Part shown: in pieces, positions 26,308 through 36,580 of the stretch
Numbering within the stretch: the stretch's first letter is position 1
How the letters are laid out: every line of letters begins with the position of its first letter
Origin: a virus
Lineage: Duplodnaviria; Caudoviricetes
Length of the DNA stretch: 64,000 nucleotides
Reading direction: 5' to 3' (one strand)
Virus record (IMG/VR): IMGVR_UViG_3300020349_000003
Notes under the pieces: generated by a model
Database searches by the model: none
What the model saw: only the letters and a program-made list of their open reading frames with translations
Told to the model about the DNA's origin: nothing
Made by a program: the position numbers and the translations under genes

Positions 26308-29300
26308 TTAGATAGGTAGCTCTAAGATATGTATAGTATCAGTTGTTAATGGTGCATCACCAGCATTGAATACTATATTAGCACCGTTAGCATCAACACT
26401 ATAGTTGGTACCTGCTATCTGTGCTACTCCATTTAAGAAGACAGCAACAGAACTGGCAGCATGTTTAATACTACCACCATATACGGTAAGAGCAAACGTT
26501 AATGTAGTACCATCTCCTGTATATGATTTTGTGATGTACTTATCAGCAGCAACACCACCTCTACCAGTAACAACTAAGTCACCATCAATTCTCACAGATC
26601 CAGTACATCTAACTCTATAATCTTGTTGAGGTGTTTCACCAATACCAATGTTCTTAGTACCAGAGAAATCTCTAATTTCGATTTGACCTGTATCAGTTAT
26701 ACCAAATTCTTTCCATGCTTGACTGTGATATATCCAACCAAGAGATTGACCTGGTGACCAGTTGATATTATAAACTAAATCACCATCAGAAGGTGTATCA
26801 TAGTCAGTAATATTACTAAAGTCTGGTAATCCATTAACTAATGCTGGTGCTAGTAGAGTCTGCTTAATAACTGTACCATCTTGGTTGAAGTAAGATAACT
26901 TCTTAGATTGTAAGTTCTTAGTAGAAGTAACTAGACCTTGGAATGTAACAGGACCAGCGAATATAGATTCTAACTGGTTAGATGCTCCACCAATTACAGT
27001 TATTTTATCGGTAAGAACCAACTCGGAGAATGTCTCGATAGTTGTGTTCTCTTCACCAATAACATTCAACTGTGCAATATCTTCATTAGTGATTTGTCCT
27101 GTAACTGGGTTAATAACCTGGTTACCAATGAATAGGTCACCATTAGAGTTAAGACCAGAGTAGAAAGCAACACCTGCTTCTTCCTTAATAGACTGAGAGA
27201 ACTTAACCTGTTCAGCAGATAGTGTCTCAACCTGAGTTTGAGGGAACGCAGTTGAATAGTTACCTGGACCAAAACCAAGATATTCAAACGTATGGTTACC
27301 CGATCTTAGGATAGAGTGTCGTCTAAACTCTACATTGATTGGTGCTACCGTTCCATCATTATTCTGTCTAATCATAATTGCTCTTGTTTCTTCATCACCA
27401 GCACGAGCAGTCAATTCTACATTAGATAATCTCTTATTAACTGAGTCATAGTTTGGTGTACTACCTGGTTGAGTCCATCCAGTATCTGTTAGTAAGAACT
27501 GTGTACATTCCTTAGTAATAGATAACTTAGGATCTAATGCTGGTGTTGGTGTAGCACCATCAGTTGCATTAACTAAACCAATTACTTGGTTATCAGCAAC
27601 AGATACAGAAGCATTAGGGTCAGCAAGAGGATTATCTCTATCAAATGTAGGATATACTTCGTTAACATTTTGAGAGAACTTCCTATCATTGAAGTTAGAA
27701 GTTGAAGGTGCTATAGATGCACACAATAGTGTTAAGTAATAGATACCATCATCAACACCTCGAACAAATGGTTGTACTACTTCAATGTCATACACATAGA
27801 AACACTTAGATAGTGCATATGATGTAGTATCACTATTCAAAGGTTGCATTACATAACCAGATAGAGGATCTCTTGGTAATGGATTACTCTTATCCTTATC
27901 AATTACATAACGGACTCTGTACGTTCTATCCTGTAAATCTCTTGGATCTGGGATTCTCTTGAGGAAAGTAGTAGGAGTGAAGTTAACATTATTATAAACG
28001 TTATTAGTCGAAAGGGTAGTATATATTTCATTTGATGTAGCATCAACCGCTAAGTACCAACCACCTACAGTGTCAGGAACACCATTTATAGTATAAGTTG
28101 CACTATCATATTGTAGTGGTGAACCAGCAGTTCCTGCTGTTTTACCTGATACACTAGGACCATAAGGTGTGATACTCGCTGATTGAACAGTGGGTTCAGT
28201 TGCACCGTTAGCAATTAGTAAGCAATTTAATTTATCTGCTACCGCAGTATTTCCAGTTCCATCTTGTCTAGCACCAACTGTATAACCCTGTACTCTTGTT
28301 GTTGGTGGAGATGCTTCTACAGTATAACCATAGAGATACAATCTAGTTCCTGGAGTACCACCTTGCCCTGCTAATGCAGAGTTAATTGTTTTTGTTCTCT
28401 TAATATCAACGTTTGTCCAGTTAGCAGTAGTTTCTTCACCAAAGATAATATTACCAGCAACACCAGCAGTATTAGCAATACTTAGAGTAACCACTCTAGT
28501 ATTAGTATTGAAACTTCCAACAGTTGAACCAGTAGCAATACCCTCACCATGAACTAACATTCCTTGAATCAGACCATTAACACTACCATCATTAGCAAGT
28601 GTTATTGTAGTTGCACCACTAGCACCAGTACCAGTTGTTGAAATAACACCTAAAGCTTTAGGTGGTATAATATGAGTTAATGCACCTGCTTTATCTTTAG
28701 AGAATGCTTTTTGTTTAAATCCAGCAGATCTTAATGCAGTATTACCAAAGTTACTGTTACTGTTGGTAATTGACATGTCAGCACCACCAATAGCAGAGAA
28801 GTGAGCATAGTATCCAACAGCGAACACCGAGACTGCCTGAATAAATGCATCATTAGATGCAACAATGTGTCTATGACCCCAATCTTTTCTATATTCTGCA
28901 TAACCATCTAAGTGAGCACCATCTCCAGATGTTGCTACATCATAGTTACCAGTTGATTGATTATATCTTACAAATGCTCTATCGTCTTTCTGTAGTGATA
29001 GTCCAGTAAACTGAGCAACAACCATCGATTTGAAACCAGTTGCTTTAAGACCATCTGCCTTCATTCCATTCATACCCCATACAGAACGTAGGGATAGGTT
29101 GAACGCATAAGGTGATGCAGAGTCAACTGTATCAATCTCTGTCTTAACTGTTACGTTTGAACCAACGGCATTACCTGAAGGTTCTGCTGACATTTGGTAA
29201 GTAAATACGTTACCAGATGCAGATGTTACAGTGAATGAACCATTGTATATACCAGAGTCTAATTCTGATTGAGGTCCAGTTGAACCTGTAACTCCAGAGA

Positions 29301-30270
29301 TGTTAATGTTAACACCAACAGAGAATCCATGATCTCTTGGGTTGTCAAACTCATCAACAGTAACAGCAGTTGCTGTCTGACCGTTTCTTGTAATCTGTAG
29401 GACTCTATATTCATCAGAAATAGGACCAACGATTCTATTTTCCTCAACCCTTGCCTGAATCTGGTCAGTTGTTGGATCTCCAGAAGTATCAGGTATAGTA
29501 GCGAATGCTTTAGATATCTTCTGATAATATATGTCTAAATCAGTTCTTGAAAGTATGTTAGGAACAGCAGAATAGTCTGCGTTAGGAACAGTTCCAGCAG
29601 AAATAAGAGATGATAATGTATTTAAACCATCAGCAAACTCAAAACAAGTAAGTCTATGATGAGAATACTTAGGTGGTAATGTCTCTACACTATCAGGTTT
29701 GAAATATACACCTTCTTCTGCACCATCAAAGAATGAGAATTGCCAGAAGTAAGTACCACCAGTTACTTTGAAGATTGCGGTTCTTGCAGGTACTTGCTCT
29801 TCTGTGTTTATACCTTTAGCAGCGTATGTTGTAGGATAAGGAACATACTTTGGAATTATTTTAGTTCTTCTAAGGTCAGTACCAACAACAGAACAACCTC
29901 TAGGTACAATGACACCACCTTCAACGGAGTTGTATTTGTATAGTACATTATTAGGAGATGTTAAGTCTAGGTTGGAATTAGCGTCAATAGGAGCAACGTT
30001 TGTATATAATACATCACCAGGTCTGTTATCAATCTCGTAAGTAGCAGGATATAAGTAAATTGAAAATGCATCAAATTCGTCATTACTCAAACCAACTCTA
30101 TATGAGAACCTTGCTACTTCAAGAAATGCACGTTGCAATGACTTGAAAGGACGCAAAGCAGAGTTACCCCTGTTGTCAATAGCGTCTGACGCATCGAAAT
30201 CGTCAGGGTTGACGTAGATAATCCGTCCCGTACGGGACGTGATAATATTCTTTAACCTAGTTAGTGACAT
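26308..30270 (-). CDS. Large virion structural protein
   Basis: 1320 aa; IYVNPDDFDASDAIDNRGNS.LRPFKSLQRA N-terminus typical of cyanomyophage virion proteins; late promoter upstream. Confidence 0.7.
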   Translation of the reverse strand: MSLTRLKNIITSRTGRIIYVNPDDFDASDAIDNRGNSALRPFKSLQRAFLEVARFSYRVGLSNDEFDAFSIYLYPATYEIDNRPGDVLYTNVAPIDANSNLDLTSPNNVLYKYNSVEGGVIVPRGCSVVGTDLRRTKIIPKYVPYPTTYAAKGINTEEQVPARTAIFKVTGGTYFWQFSFFDGAEEGVYFKPDSVETLPPKYSHHRLTCFEFADGLNTLSSLISAGTVPNADYSAVPNILSRTDLDIYYQKISKAFATIPDTSGDPTTDQIQARVEENRIVGPISDEYRVLQITRNGQTATAVTVDEFDNPRDHGFSVGVNINISGVTGSTGPQSELDSGIYNGSFTVTSASGNVFTYQMSAEPSGNAVGSNVTVKTEIDTVDSASPYAFNLSLRSVWGMNGMKADGLKATGFKSMVVAQFTGLSLQKDDRAFVRYNQSTGNYDVATSGDGAHLDGYAEYRKDWGHRHIVASNDAFIQAVSVFAVGYYAHFSAIGGADMSITNSNSNFGNTALRSAGFKQKAFSKDKAGALTHIIPPKALGVISTTGTGASGATTITLANDGSVNGLIQGMLVHGEGIATGSTVGSFNTNTRVVTLSIANTAGVAGNIIFGEETTANWTNVDIKRTKTINSALAGQGGTPGTRLYLYGYTVEASPPTTRVQGYTVGARQDGTGNTAVADKLNCLLIANGATEPTVQSASITPYGPSVSGKTAGTAGSPLQYDSATYTINGVPDTVGGWYLAVDATSNEIYTTLSTNNVYNNVNFTPTTFLKRIPDPRDLQDRTYRVRYVIDKDKSNPLPRDPLSGYVMQPLNSDTTSYALSKCFYVYDIEVVQPFVRGVDDGIYYLTLLCASIAPSTSNFNDRKFSQNVNEVYPTFDRDNPLADPNASVSVADNQVIGLVNATDGATPTPALDPKLSITKECTQFLLTDTGWTQPGSTPNYDSVNKRLSNVELTARAGDEETRAIMIRQNNDGTVAPINVEFRRHSILRSGNHTFEYLGFGPGNYSTAFPQTQVETLSAEQVKFSQSIKEEAGVAFYSGLNSNGDLFIGNQVINPVTGQITNEDIAQLNVIGEENTTIETFSELVLTDKITVIGGASNQLESIFAGPVTFQGLVTSTKNLQSKKLSYFNQDGTVIKQTLLAPALVNGLPDFSNITDYDTPSDGDLVYNINWSPGQSLGWIYHSQAWKEFGITDTGQIEIRDFSGTKNIGIGETPQQDYRVRCTGSVRIDGDLVVTGRGGVAADKYITKSYTGDGTTLTFALTVYGGSIKHAASSVAVFLNGVAQIAGTNYSVDANGANIVFNAGDAPLTTDTIHILELPI

Positions 30271-30311
30271 TACTTATACGCTATTCCTATATGGTTATTT
30301 ATTAGCCAGCA

Positions 30312-31766
30312 TTAGGCACCGCCAAACACTCTGGTTGGTAATGCTGTTGAAGCATCCTCAAATCCAATAAGACTGAATGAGTTATTAGCAGTAGTACTAT
30401 TAATAACCACTCTCTCACCAGGACCAACAACAATAGAAGTAATTTTATCTACTTCATTAGCACCATTGGCAACACCATTGACAATATAATTTGCATCCTC
30501 AAGAGCAGTGGTCGCAGTACCTACTGAACTTACAGTAACAGTAGATCTATCTCCTGAAAGTAGTAGTGGCACATCTCTAAATGTATCACTACCAGCAAAA
30601 TCACCAGAACCTGGACCTTTAATTACTTTAAGATCTGTTCCACTATAACTACGAACAACTCCATATGGTTGAACATCTTGAGCAGTTACAGTAAATGTTG
30701 TACCTGCTGAAGTAAATGTATCAGCACCATTAGTCCATGTTCCAGTTATATTATAAACATAAGCATCAAGATATGTGAAAGTAGATGATATAGTAAGAGA
30801 ACTATTACTACCACCGTAATTAGCATTACTAGCAGTACCAGTACCTCCATCATAGAAGTAAAGTAATCCTTGTAATGTTGAGTTTGCACTAAAGTCATAC
30901 TGAATATATCCGTTAGCACCATCGCCTTCAGCACCACTAGTAGTTTTACCAGTGGTATATTCTGTACCATCATCAGCGTTACCAGCAATACCGTCTAATC
31001 CCCACTCACCATTAATACCTATTGATAATTTAAAATCTCTACCACTCATAGAAGCATCACCAACATTAAATCTATAAACCCTATCCCCAAATACTGATAA
31101 GTTGTCTGATACATAAGAATTGTAAGTACCACCAGCAGTTGTAGTAGAATAGCACCAAGTTTGAACACCTGTTGCAATACCACCAGTAGATACTGTTGCT
31201 GTAGCACCACCAGAAGCAGTTATAGAATCACCATCAGTAAATTCTGCACCAGAACCATTAATAGTTGATGGTCCTAAACTAATTACTGAAGCATCTACAT
31301 TGTAAACAACTGCTGTTGTTGTATCACCACCAGTTCCTTTAGTTATTGTCTCACCAACTGTGAATGTACCAGTTATTGATTCAACAGTAACTCCTCTAAG
31401 TAAAAAATCTTTAACAAATATTTCTGTATATGCAGGTACTACAAATGATTCAAAGGTAAAACCCTTTTCATTGTCATCACTCGTTATAACATTTCCTGGA
31501 ACTAACCCAGTAGCATCGGACATAGCGTTATTAACTGTTACCTTATATCCAGTAATAACATCACCTTCACGTAACTTATACGCACCAGATCCATCAACAG
31601 TTAATGCTTGGTCGAAATCCTTTATACCAACTTTGTATGCTGAACCTGTTCCATCGTTTGCGATAGTCAATACAGCACTTGCCGATTTATCTACATCAGC
31701 ACCGTACAGAAGCACGTTGGTATTTGCTCCTGGTTTTGATTGTGCTAAGAGTCCTTGGTCTGCCAT
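30312..31766 (-). CDS. Virion structural protein
   Basis: 484 aa, Gly/Thr-rich beta protein in a late operon. Confidence 0.6.
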   Translation of the reverse strand: MADQGLLAQSKPGANTNVLLYGADVDKSASAVLTIANDGTGSAYKVGIKDFDQALTVDGSGAYKLREGDVITGYKVTVNNAMSDATGLVPGNVITSDDNEKGFTFESFVVPAYTEIFVKDFLLRGVTVESITGTFTVGETITKGTGGDTTTAVVYNVDASVISLGPSTINGSGAEFTDGDSITASGGATATVSTGGIATGVQTWCYSTTTAGGTYNSYVSDNLSVFGDRVYRFNVGDASMSGRDFKLSIGINGEWGLDGIAGNADDGTEYTTGKTTSGAEGDGANGYIQYDFSANSTLQGLLYFYDGGTGTASNANYGGSNSSLTISSTFTYLDAYVYNITGTWTNGADTFTSAGTTFTVTAQDVQPYGVVRSYSGTDLKVIKGPGSGDFAGSDTFRDVPLLLSGDRSTVTVSSVGTATTALEDANYIVNGVANGANEVDKITSIVVGPGERVVINSTTANNSFSLIGFEDASTALPTRVFGGA

Positions 31767-31772
31767 TGTTAA

Positions 31773-33098
31773 TTAAAAACCTGCGTAAAAGAATTGTTGT
31801 AGTCGTGTCCGTGAAGTTAAGTTAGCAGCACCAATACCAGCACCGAAGTTAACATCATCAACAGTAACGTTTTCTGTAGAAAGAAGCGTTGCGTCAGCAT
31901 CAGGAAATCTAATTATCCTATTTGCTGTCAAGTTATCCACTTCAATAACAGCAGAACCGTTGTTATTATTTACACTCCTTATACTAGGAGAGAAAATTGT
32001 CTTATTCTTAAGTTCCTGAGTTGCTAACTCAACAACTAAAGTTGAAGTGACGTTACCACCATTATTTAGTAGAGATGTAGCAGGAAACTGATAATTTGTA
32101 TTTGTTAATGCGTTTTGATTAGCAAGACTAAAATTAAGTTTCTTAGTTACATCTGTAGTATCTTGAAGTATCAATCCACCAACACTTTTATTAGTTAAAA
32201 CTTGAGTAGCATCTGTTCCAACTAAAGTTAAACTTAAGTCAGGAATAGTGATTGTTCTATTACCTGATAAACCACCAGTAGAGAATTGGGCATAACTTGT
32301 ACCTACATCTGCATTAGAAACAAACCTTGGATTAACAAGAGTCTTACTTAAGACTGTTTGCTCAGTTTTAGTGTCAAGTAAAGTAGATGAAGTAGCAGTG
32401 GGTTCTGTTGCAGTTGTTACAGCACCAGCATCAGGCAAGAAATAAGATCTCCTAGTACCTGAAGTCGTTGGCCAGTTAATTTGGAAGATTGCTTCCTCTG
32501 TACCATCAACAATAACAAAATTATCCTCATCAATAAGAATAGTTTTATTTGTTAATGTCTGAGTAGTATCATCTCCTACTACAGTAGTTCCACTTCCCTG
32601 AGTAATAGTAGGAAAAGTGAATATCCTAATACTATTACCTGTTCCTACATTACCAACCTCAAATCTCGCTCTCGGACCTTGAGTATCTTCCAATACAAAA
32701 GAACCATCCTCAACCAAGAACTGACCTGTTACTTTAACAGATCCAGTACCTTTTGGAGCAAAAACTATATCCGTATTATTAGCAACATCGTCAACAGCGT
32801 TTACATATAATGATGTACTGCTGTTACCGTTATCAAGACGAGTACAATATAAACCACCATCACCAAAAGCAACACCAATTTGGTCGTATGCATTCTGGTA
32901 TATACCAGTATCTCTATCCAAATCAAAAGTGAGTCCTGGTTCCGCTTTGGTTCCTTGTGATACACCCTTAAATAATTGATTTACTTTCGCTTTCCTGTTA
33001 GGAATCAATGGGTCAGATACAACAACAGGTAGAATTGCTTCACCCGATAGATTGGAGTCTGATATTGTTTCTAACTGCGATATCTTCTTAGTTGCCAC
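31773..33098 (-). CDS. Virion structural/fibre protein
   Basis: Repeated xxTFPD...TLVG..QTLTNKT modules. Confidence 0.6.
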   Translation of the reverse strand: MATKKISQLETISDSNLSGEAILPVVVSDPLIPNRKAKVNQLFKGVSQGTKAEPGLTFDLDRDTGIYQNAYDQIGVAFGDGGLYCTRLDNGNSSTSLYVNAVDDVANNTDIVFAPKGTGSVKVTGQFLVEDGSFVLEDTQGPRARFEVGNVGTGNSIRIFTFPTITQGSGTTVVGDDTTQTLTNKTILIDEDNFVIVDGTEEAIFQINWPTTSGTRRSYFLPDAGAVTTATEPTATSSTLLDTKTEQTVLSKTLVNPRFVSNADVGTSYAQFSTGGLSGNRTITIPDLSLTLVGTDATQVLTNKSVGGLILQDTTDVTKKLNFSLANQNALTNTNYQFPATSLLNNGGNVTSTLVVELATQELKNKTIFSPSIRSVNNNNGSAVIEVDNLTANRIIRFPDADATLLSTENVTVDDVNFGAGIGAANLTSRTRLQQFFYAGF

Positions 33099-33123
33099 GA
33101 ATAATCATACCTTTGCTACAAGT

Positions 33124-33759
33124 CTATTTAGCCATATTGAGACTCATATGTTCTCTATCAGTTGATGTGAAAGAATTAACAAACCGTGGAACAATATCAT
33201 CTAGTTTGAATATGCTTTCTAACGTTATATTAGCATCTTTACATGCAATATCTGCCTCACCATTCTCTTGTCTATCTACAATACAAAGTATTTTTCTAAC
33301 ATAATATCCAGCATCACGACATTTTTCAGCAGCAAATATAGCAGATTTTGCAGTAGTAATAACATCTTCTAAGATTGTTATCGTAGTTGCTTGAGGTGGT
33401 AATGGTCCTTCTAACCATGCTCCAGTCCCATGTCCTTTAGGTTCTTTACGAATTATTAAACCACCAGGAACACCAAATCTACTTGCACTACCATCCCAAA
33501 ATCTATTAGATGCCATAACAACACCACTAACTAAAGGATCTGCACCTAAAGTAAGACCTGCTACACAGTTAGAATAAACGGATATACGACGCAATAACAT
33601 ATTAGAAACTAAATCTAATCCATCACCTCTTAATATAACAGGTTTACAGTTAACATAATGCTCTGTCTTACGACCAGAAGAAAGTGTGAAATCACCCTTT
33701 CTATAAGCATACGATCTCAATAGATTTTTTAATTTTCTTTTTTGTTCTGTATCATTCAT
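33124..33759 (-). CDS. pyrE: Orotate phosphoribosyltransferase
   Basis: GDFTLSSG, GLTLGADP, IRKEPKGHG and ILEDVITT PRPP-binding loop. Confidence 0.93.
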   Translation of the reverse strand: MNDTEQKRKLKNLLRSYAYRKGDFTLSSGRKTEHYVNCKPVILRGDGLDLVSNMLLRRISVYSNCVAGLTLGADPLVSGVVMASNRFWDGSASRFGVPGGLIIRKEPKGHGTGAWLEGPLPPQATTITILEDVITTAKSAIFAAEKCRDAGYYVRKILCIVDRQENGEADIACKDANITLESIFKLDDIVPRFVNSFTSTDREHMSLNMAK

Positions 33760-33911
33760 AGTAAAATAGCACCGATAATAAGTCCTTTAGTAAAAGCGAG
33801 GCAAAGCATTTGATAGTTGGATAGTTTAAACTTACCTTGTATCTTATATGCAAGGTTCTTATCCCACTCTTTGACAGTATGAAATGTTCGTTTTAAGTTA
33901 AGATTCCACAT
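33756..33911 (-). CDS. Small membrane-anchored protein (51 aa, not in ORF track)
   Basis: MWNLNLKRTFHTVKEWDKNLAYKIQGKFKLSNYQMLCLAFTKGLIIGAILL. Confidence 0.55.
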   Translation of the reverse strand: MWNLNLKRTFHTVKEWDKNLAYKIQGKFKLSNYQMLCLAFTKGLIIGAILL

Positions 33912-34058
33912 TATTTTTTTTCTTCTCCTTTATATCATACTCGATAGTAATCTTTTTAGATGTTCTACCAGTACTATCATATGTAGTAGATCTTGATACA
34001 GTTCCACCAAGTAGTACTGTTAATCCTTCAATCTCTGATACTAAGTCAGTTGTGTTAG

Positions 34059-34820
34059 TCATGATTTATCAAAATTAATGTTGAATGCCAAACTTACCCT
34101 ATCTTCTTTTGTTTCATTGGTTGTTACACCATGATCTAAGTAAGCAGGGAATAACACCATTTTACCCACTTCTGCTAACATACTTTGCTTAAACGCATAA
34201 TGAGCATAAACAAATGATGTTACTGAAGAAGGTGCAGGTGAACTAAAGTATATATTTCCTTCTGGTTGAGTACCCCAAGGAGTATTGTAAGTTGATATCT
34301 CTTCACTAGATGGTGCTTGAAAATAATATACTCCAGACACATCACTATTACCATGATTATGTAAATGAGCATAATCTCTATATCCAAATTTAGACCACCA
34401 AGACTGTGCGATTGTATAGTTCACATCCTCTATTTTAGTCTTACTACTCCTCCCAACATCTTGGGGAAATTTTATCCCAGTCATGTAATTACAAAGATGA
34501 AAATGAATTACATCCTCAAAGAGTTTTAAGTTATCTTCAACTATAACATTACCACCAAAAGAAGTATCGGATAATTGATGTGTCATCCCAAATTCTTCTT
34601 TATAGGTAAATGTATTTTTCCTATAAGATCTACCAAGTTCTGCCTGAATTTCATTAAGATTCTCTTTAACCCTAGTTGCATATATCGGTGTCGAAAACGC
34701 ATGAAACAATGTTCCACTAGGGAAATGTGCTACCGTTGAGGCTAGTAAATTATCTGTTTGATATCCTGGATTCTCACTCATCATCTTCAATGCATAATTT
34801 ATCCTTGATACTATCAACAA
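34059..34820 (-). CDS. 2OG-Fe(II) oxygenase
   Basis: HNH...SGVYY...LFPAYLDHGV...RVSLAFN; true start probably MMSEN near 34781. Confidence 0.85.
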   Translation of the reverse strand: MLIVSRINYALKMMSENPGYQTDNLLASTVAHFPSGTLFHAFSTPIYATRVKENLNEIQAELGRSYRKNTFTYKEEFGMTHQLSDTSFGGNVIVEDNLKLFEDVIHFHLCNYMTGIKFPQDVGRSSKTKIEDVNYTIAQSWWSKFGYRDYAHLHNHGNSDVSGVYYFQAPSSEEISTYNTPWGTQPEGNIYFSSPAPSSVTSFVYAHYAFKQSMLAEVGKMVLFPAYLDHGVTTNETKEDRVSLAFNINFDKS

Positions 34821-34965
34821 GAATAAGATTATCTATCTGCATCAACATATCAGCAATATGTTTACTGATATATGATTCTTCATTACGAGCAGAATACGCA
34901 AGTGCATTTTTTAGTTGACTCTGTGCATCTCTAAGAGACTCTTCAACTTGCTGTGTCAGTGCCAT
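34774..34965 (-). CDS. Hypothetical protein
   Basis: MALTQQVEESLRDAQSQLKNALAYSARNE; start trimmed. Confidence 0.6.
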   Translation of the reverse strand: MALTQQVEESLRDAQSQLKNALAYSARNEESYISKHIADMLMQIDNLILVDSIKDKLCIEDDE

Positions 34966-35096
34966 GATGTTTTTTTCGGAGTTTGATGATACGTTTGTTT
35001 TCCTTTTTAAATTGTTTTGCATAAAAAACATCCTTTTTGGAATACCAATCAGGATGTTCTTTTGCTAATTTTATTAATTTCTTTGCTGCTTCGATG

Positions 35097-35327
35097 TTAT
35101 TCATCTAATTGTATTGGGCTTTTCTTATCTCTTAAGTAAGTATTTATTACTTCTATCTGGTCATGATACCTAGAGATCTTGTCTATTTCTACTTGAATTG
35201 CATCTGTTATATCTGAATGTTCACCTATACCAGCAGGATTACTAAGATATACCTCAACATTTGCTCTGTGTCTTTCAATCTCACCTCTAGCATGGGCAGA
35301 TATTGCTTTTAATAATTGATCTCTCAT
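35097..35327 (-). CDS. Hypothetical protein
   Basis: NVEVYLSNPAGIGEHSDI motif. Confidence 0.7.
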   Translation of the reverse strand: MRDQLLKAISAHARGEIERHRANVEVYLSNPAGIGEHSDITDAIQVEIDKISRYHDQIEVINTYLRDKKSPIQLDE

Positions 35328-35396
35328 GGTAACATTTGGTACTGGTGTATATAGGCAGAGGGCGTTCCTTCTAATCGGAAATCTTTTGTACTCCCT

Positions 35397-36029
35397 CTAG
35401 TTGTTTATTGCTCTTCCTATTGTAGCAGAATTAAAATCTATGTCAAGGGTTATATTAAATGAAATAGATATTCTTTCTTCATCTGTAGTATTAAATTCCA
35501 CATTATGATCAAGACATGCTGGAAAAATAACACACTGTCCTATTTTAGGTTCAAATACAAATTGATCCCATAACAAATTTTTACTTTTAAACTCCTCAGT
35601 ATAACAAACGCTCTCTTGAAATCTGGAATAGTTGTTAGCATCGTCAAATACTAAAGAACCTACATCTGGACCAGATCCCTTAACCCAAAATACTCCAGAC
35701 AAATCAGCATTAGGATGATTGTGTTTCATATTATAATTATTCTTACCGTTTATATTAATCCACATTGCAGCACATTCCATTTGAGCTCCTTTCTCAAATA
35801 TATCATTTTCAGACCATTTATTCAATCCTTTCAAAAGAGTTCTGCTTAATATATTATCAAACCTAGAATAATGGTCTTGAGATTGCCATCCTCCTCTATT
35901 AGATTTTTGTTTTCCTTCTGGATCTATCCTACGTTCACCATAACAATACTCTTCTATAGCACCTGCATCAAAATCAGGAATCATAAATTCATGTAGTACC
36001 ATTGGGAAGAGTATTATACTATTAGTCAT
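35397..36029 (-). CDS. 2OG-Fe(II) oxygenase
   Basis: SNRGGWQS, HNHP...LSGVFWV, FPACLDHNV...RISISFN. Confidence 0.88.
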   Translation of the reverse strand: MTNSIILFPMVLHEFMIPDFDAGAIEEYCYGERRIDPEGKQKSNRGGWQSQDHYSRFDNILSRTLLKGLNKWSENDIFEKGAQMECAAMWININGKNNYNMKHNHPNADLSGVFWVKGSGPDVGSLVFDDANNYSRFQESVCYTEEFKSKNLLWDQFVFEPKIGQCVIFPACLDHNVEFNTTDEERISISFNITLDIDFNSATIGRAINN

Positions 36030-36150
36030 TATAGAGTTTCTTCACAAATAATTTTGTACGTTTCTTTAATTGTCGTAAGCGAGCAGACGCTAGACGGGAT
36101 TTGATGTTGCGTCCTCGCTTTCTAGGAGTTTCATGGCTTTTAAGACGCAT
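36022..36150 (-). CDS. Highly basic 42-aa peptide (not in ORF track)
   Basis: MRLKSHETPRKRGRNIKSRLASARLRQLKKRTKLFVKKLYND, directly behind a perfect promoter. Confidence 0.6.
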   Translation of the reverse strand: MRLKSHETPRKRGRNIKSRLASARLRQLKKRTKLFVKKLYND

Positions 36151-36172
36151 TGGTCTGCTCAGTTACTAGATG

Positions 36173-36201
36173 ATTATAAGATATTTAGTTAGGATTGTCA
36201 A
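36173..36201 (-). promoter_or_regulatory. Perfect sigma70 promoter with an embedded late-like CTAAATA
   Basis: TTGACA-17 bp-TATAAT. Confidence 0.75.
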
Positions 36202-36403
36202 CAAAATCCTGTCTAAATTCATCGACCTGTTTTAATACTTCGTCATCAACTGGAGGACCAGACTGAATGACTGGAGATATTAAAGCAACTGCACCCTCTG
36301 GAGATTTGACTCTCCAAACAGTACGATTCCTTTCAGTCATAGTCAAAAGAAATTTGAGGTTTTTACATGCCTCTTCTTCTGTTACATCTTGAATGTCAGT
36401 CAT
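36185..36403 (-). CDS. Hypothetical protein
   Basis: 72 aa ORF. Confidence 0.55.
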   Translation of the reverse strand: MTDIQDVTEEEACKNLKFLLTMTERNRTVWRVKSPEGAVALISPVIQSGPPVDDEVLKQVDEFRQDFVDNPN

Positions 36404-36580
36404 TAGTAAATTCCACGTTTAATTTTGCATCAGATAAAGCACCAACCATTGTCCATGCAGTTTCACCTGATACCAGGTTTTCATCACAAAAATACTGAAT
36501 AGTATCCTCAAGTATTTCCTTGAGTTCTATTAGTTGTTGTTGTCGTAGTTCATCCATAATAATATTATACCACAGGTACT

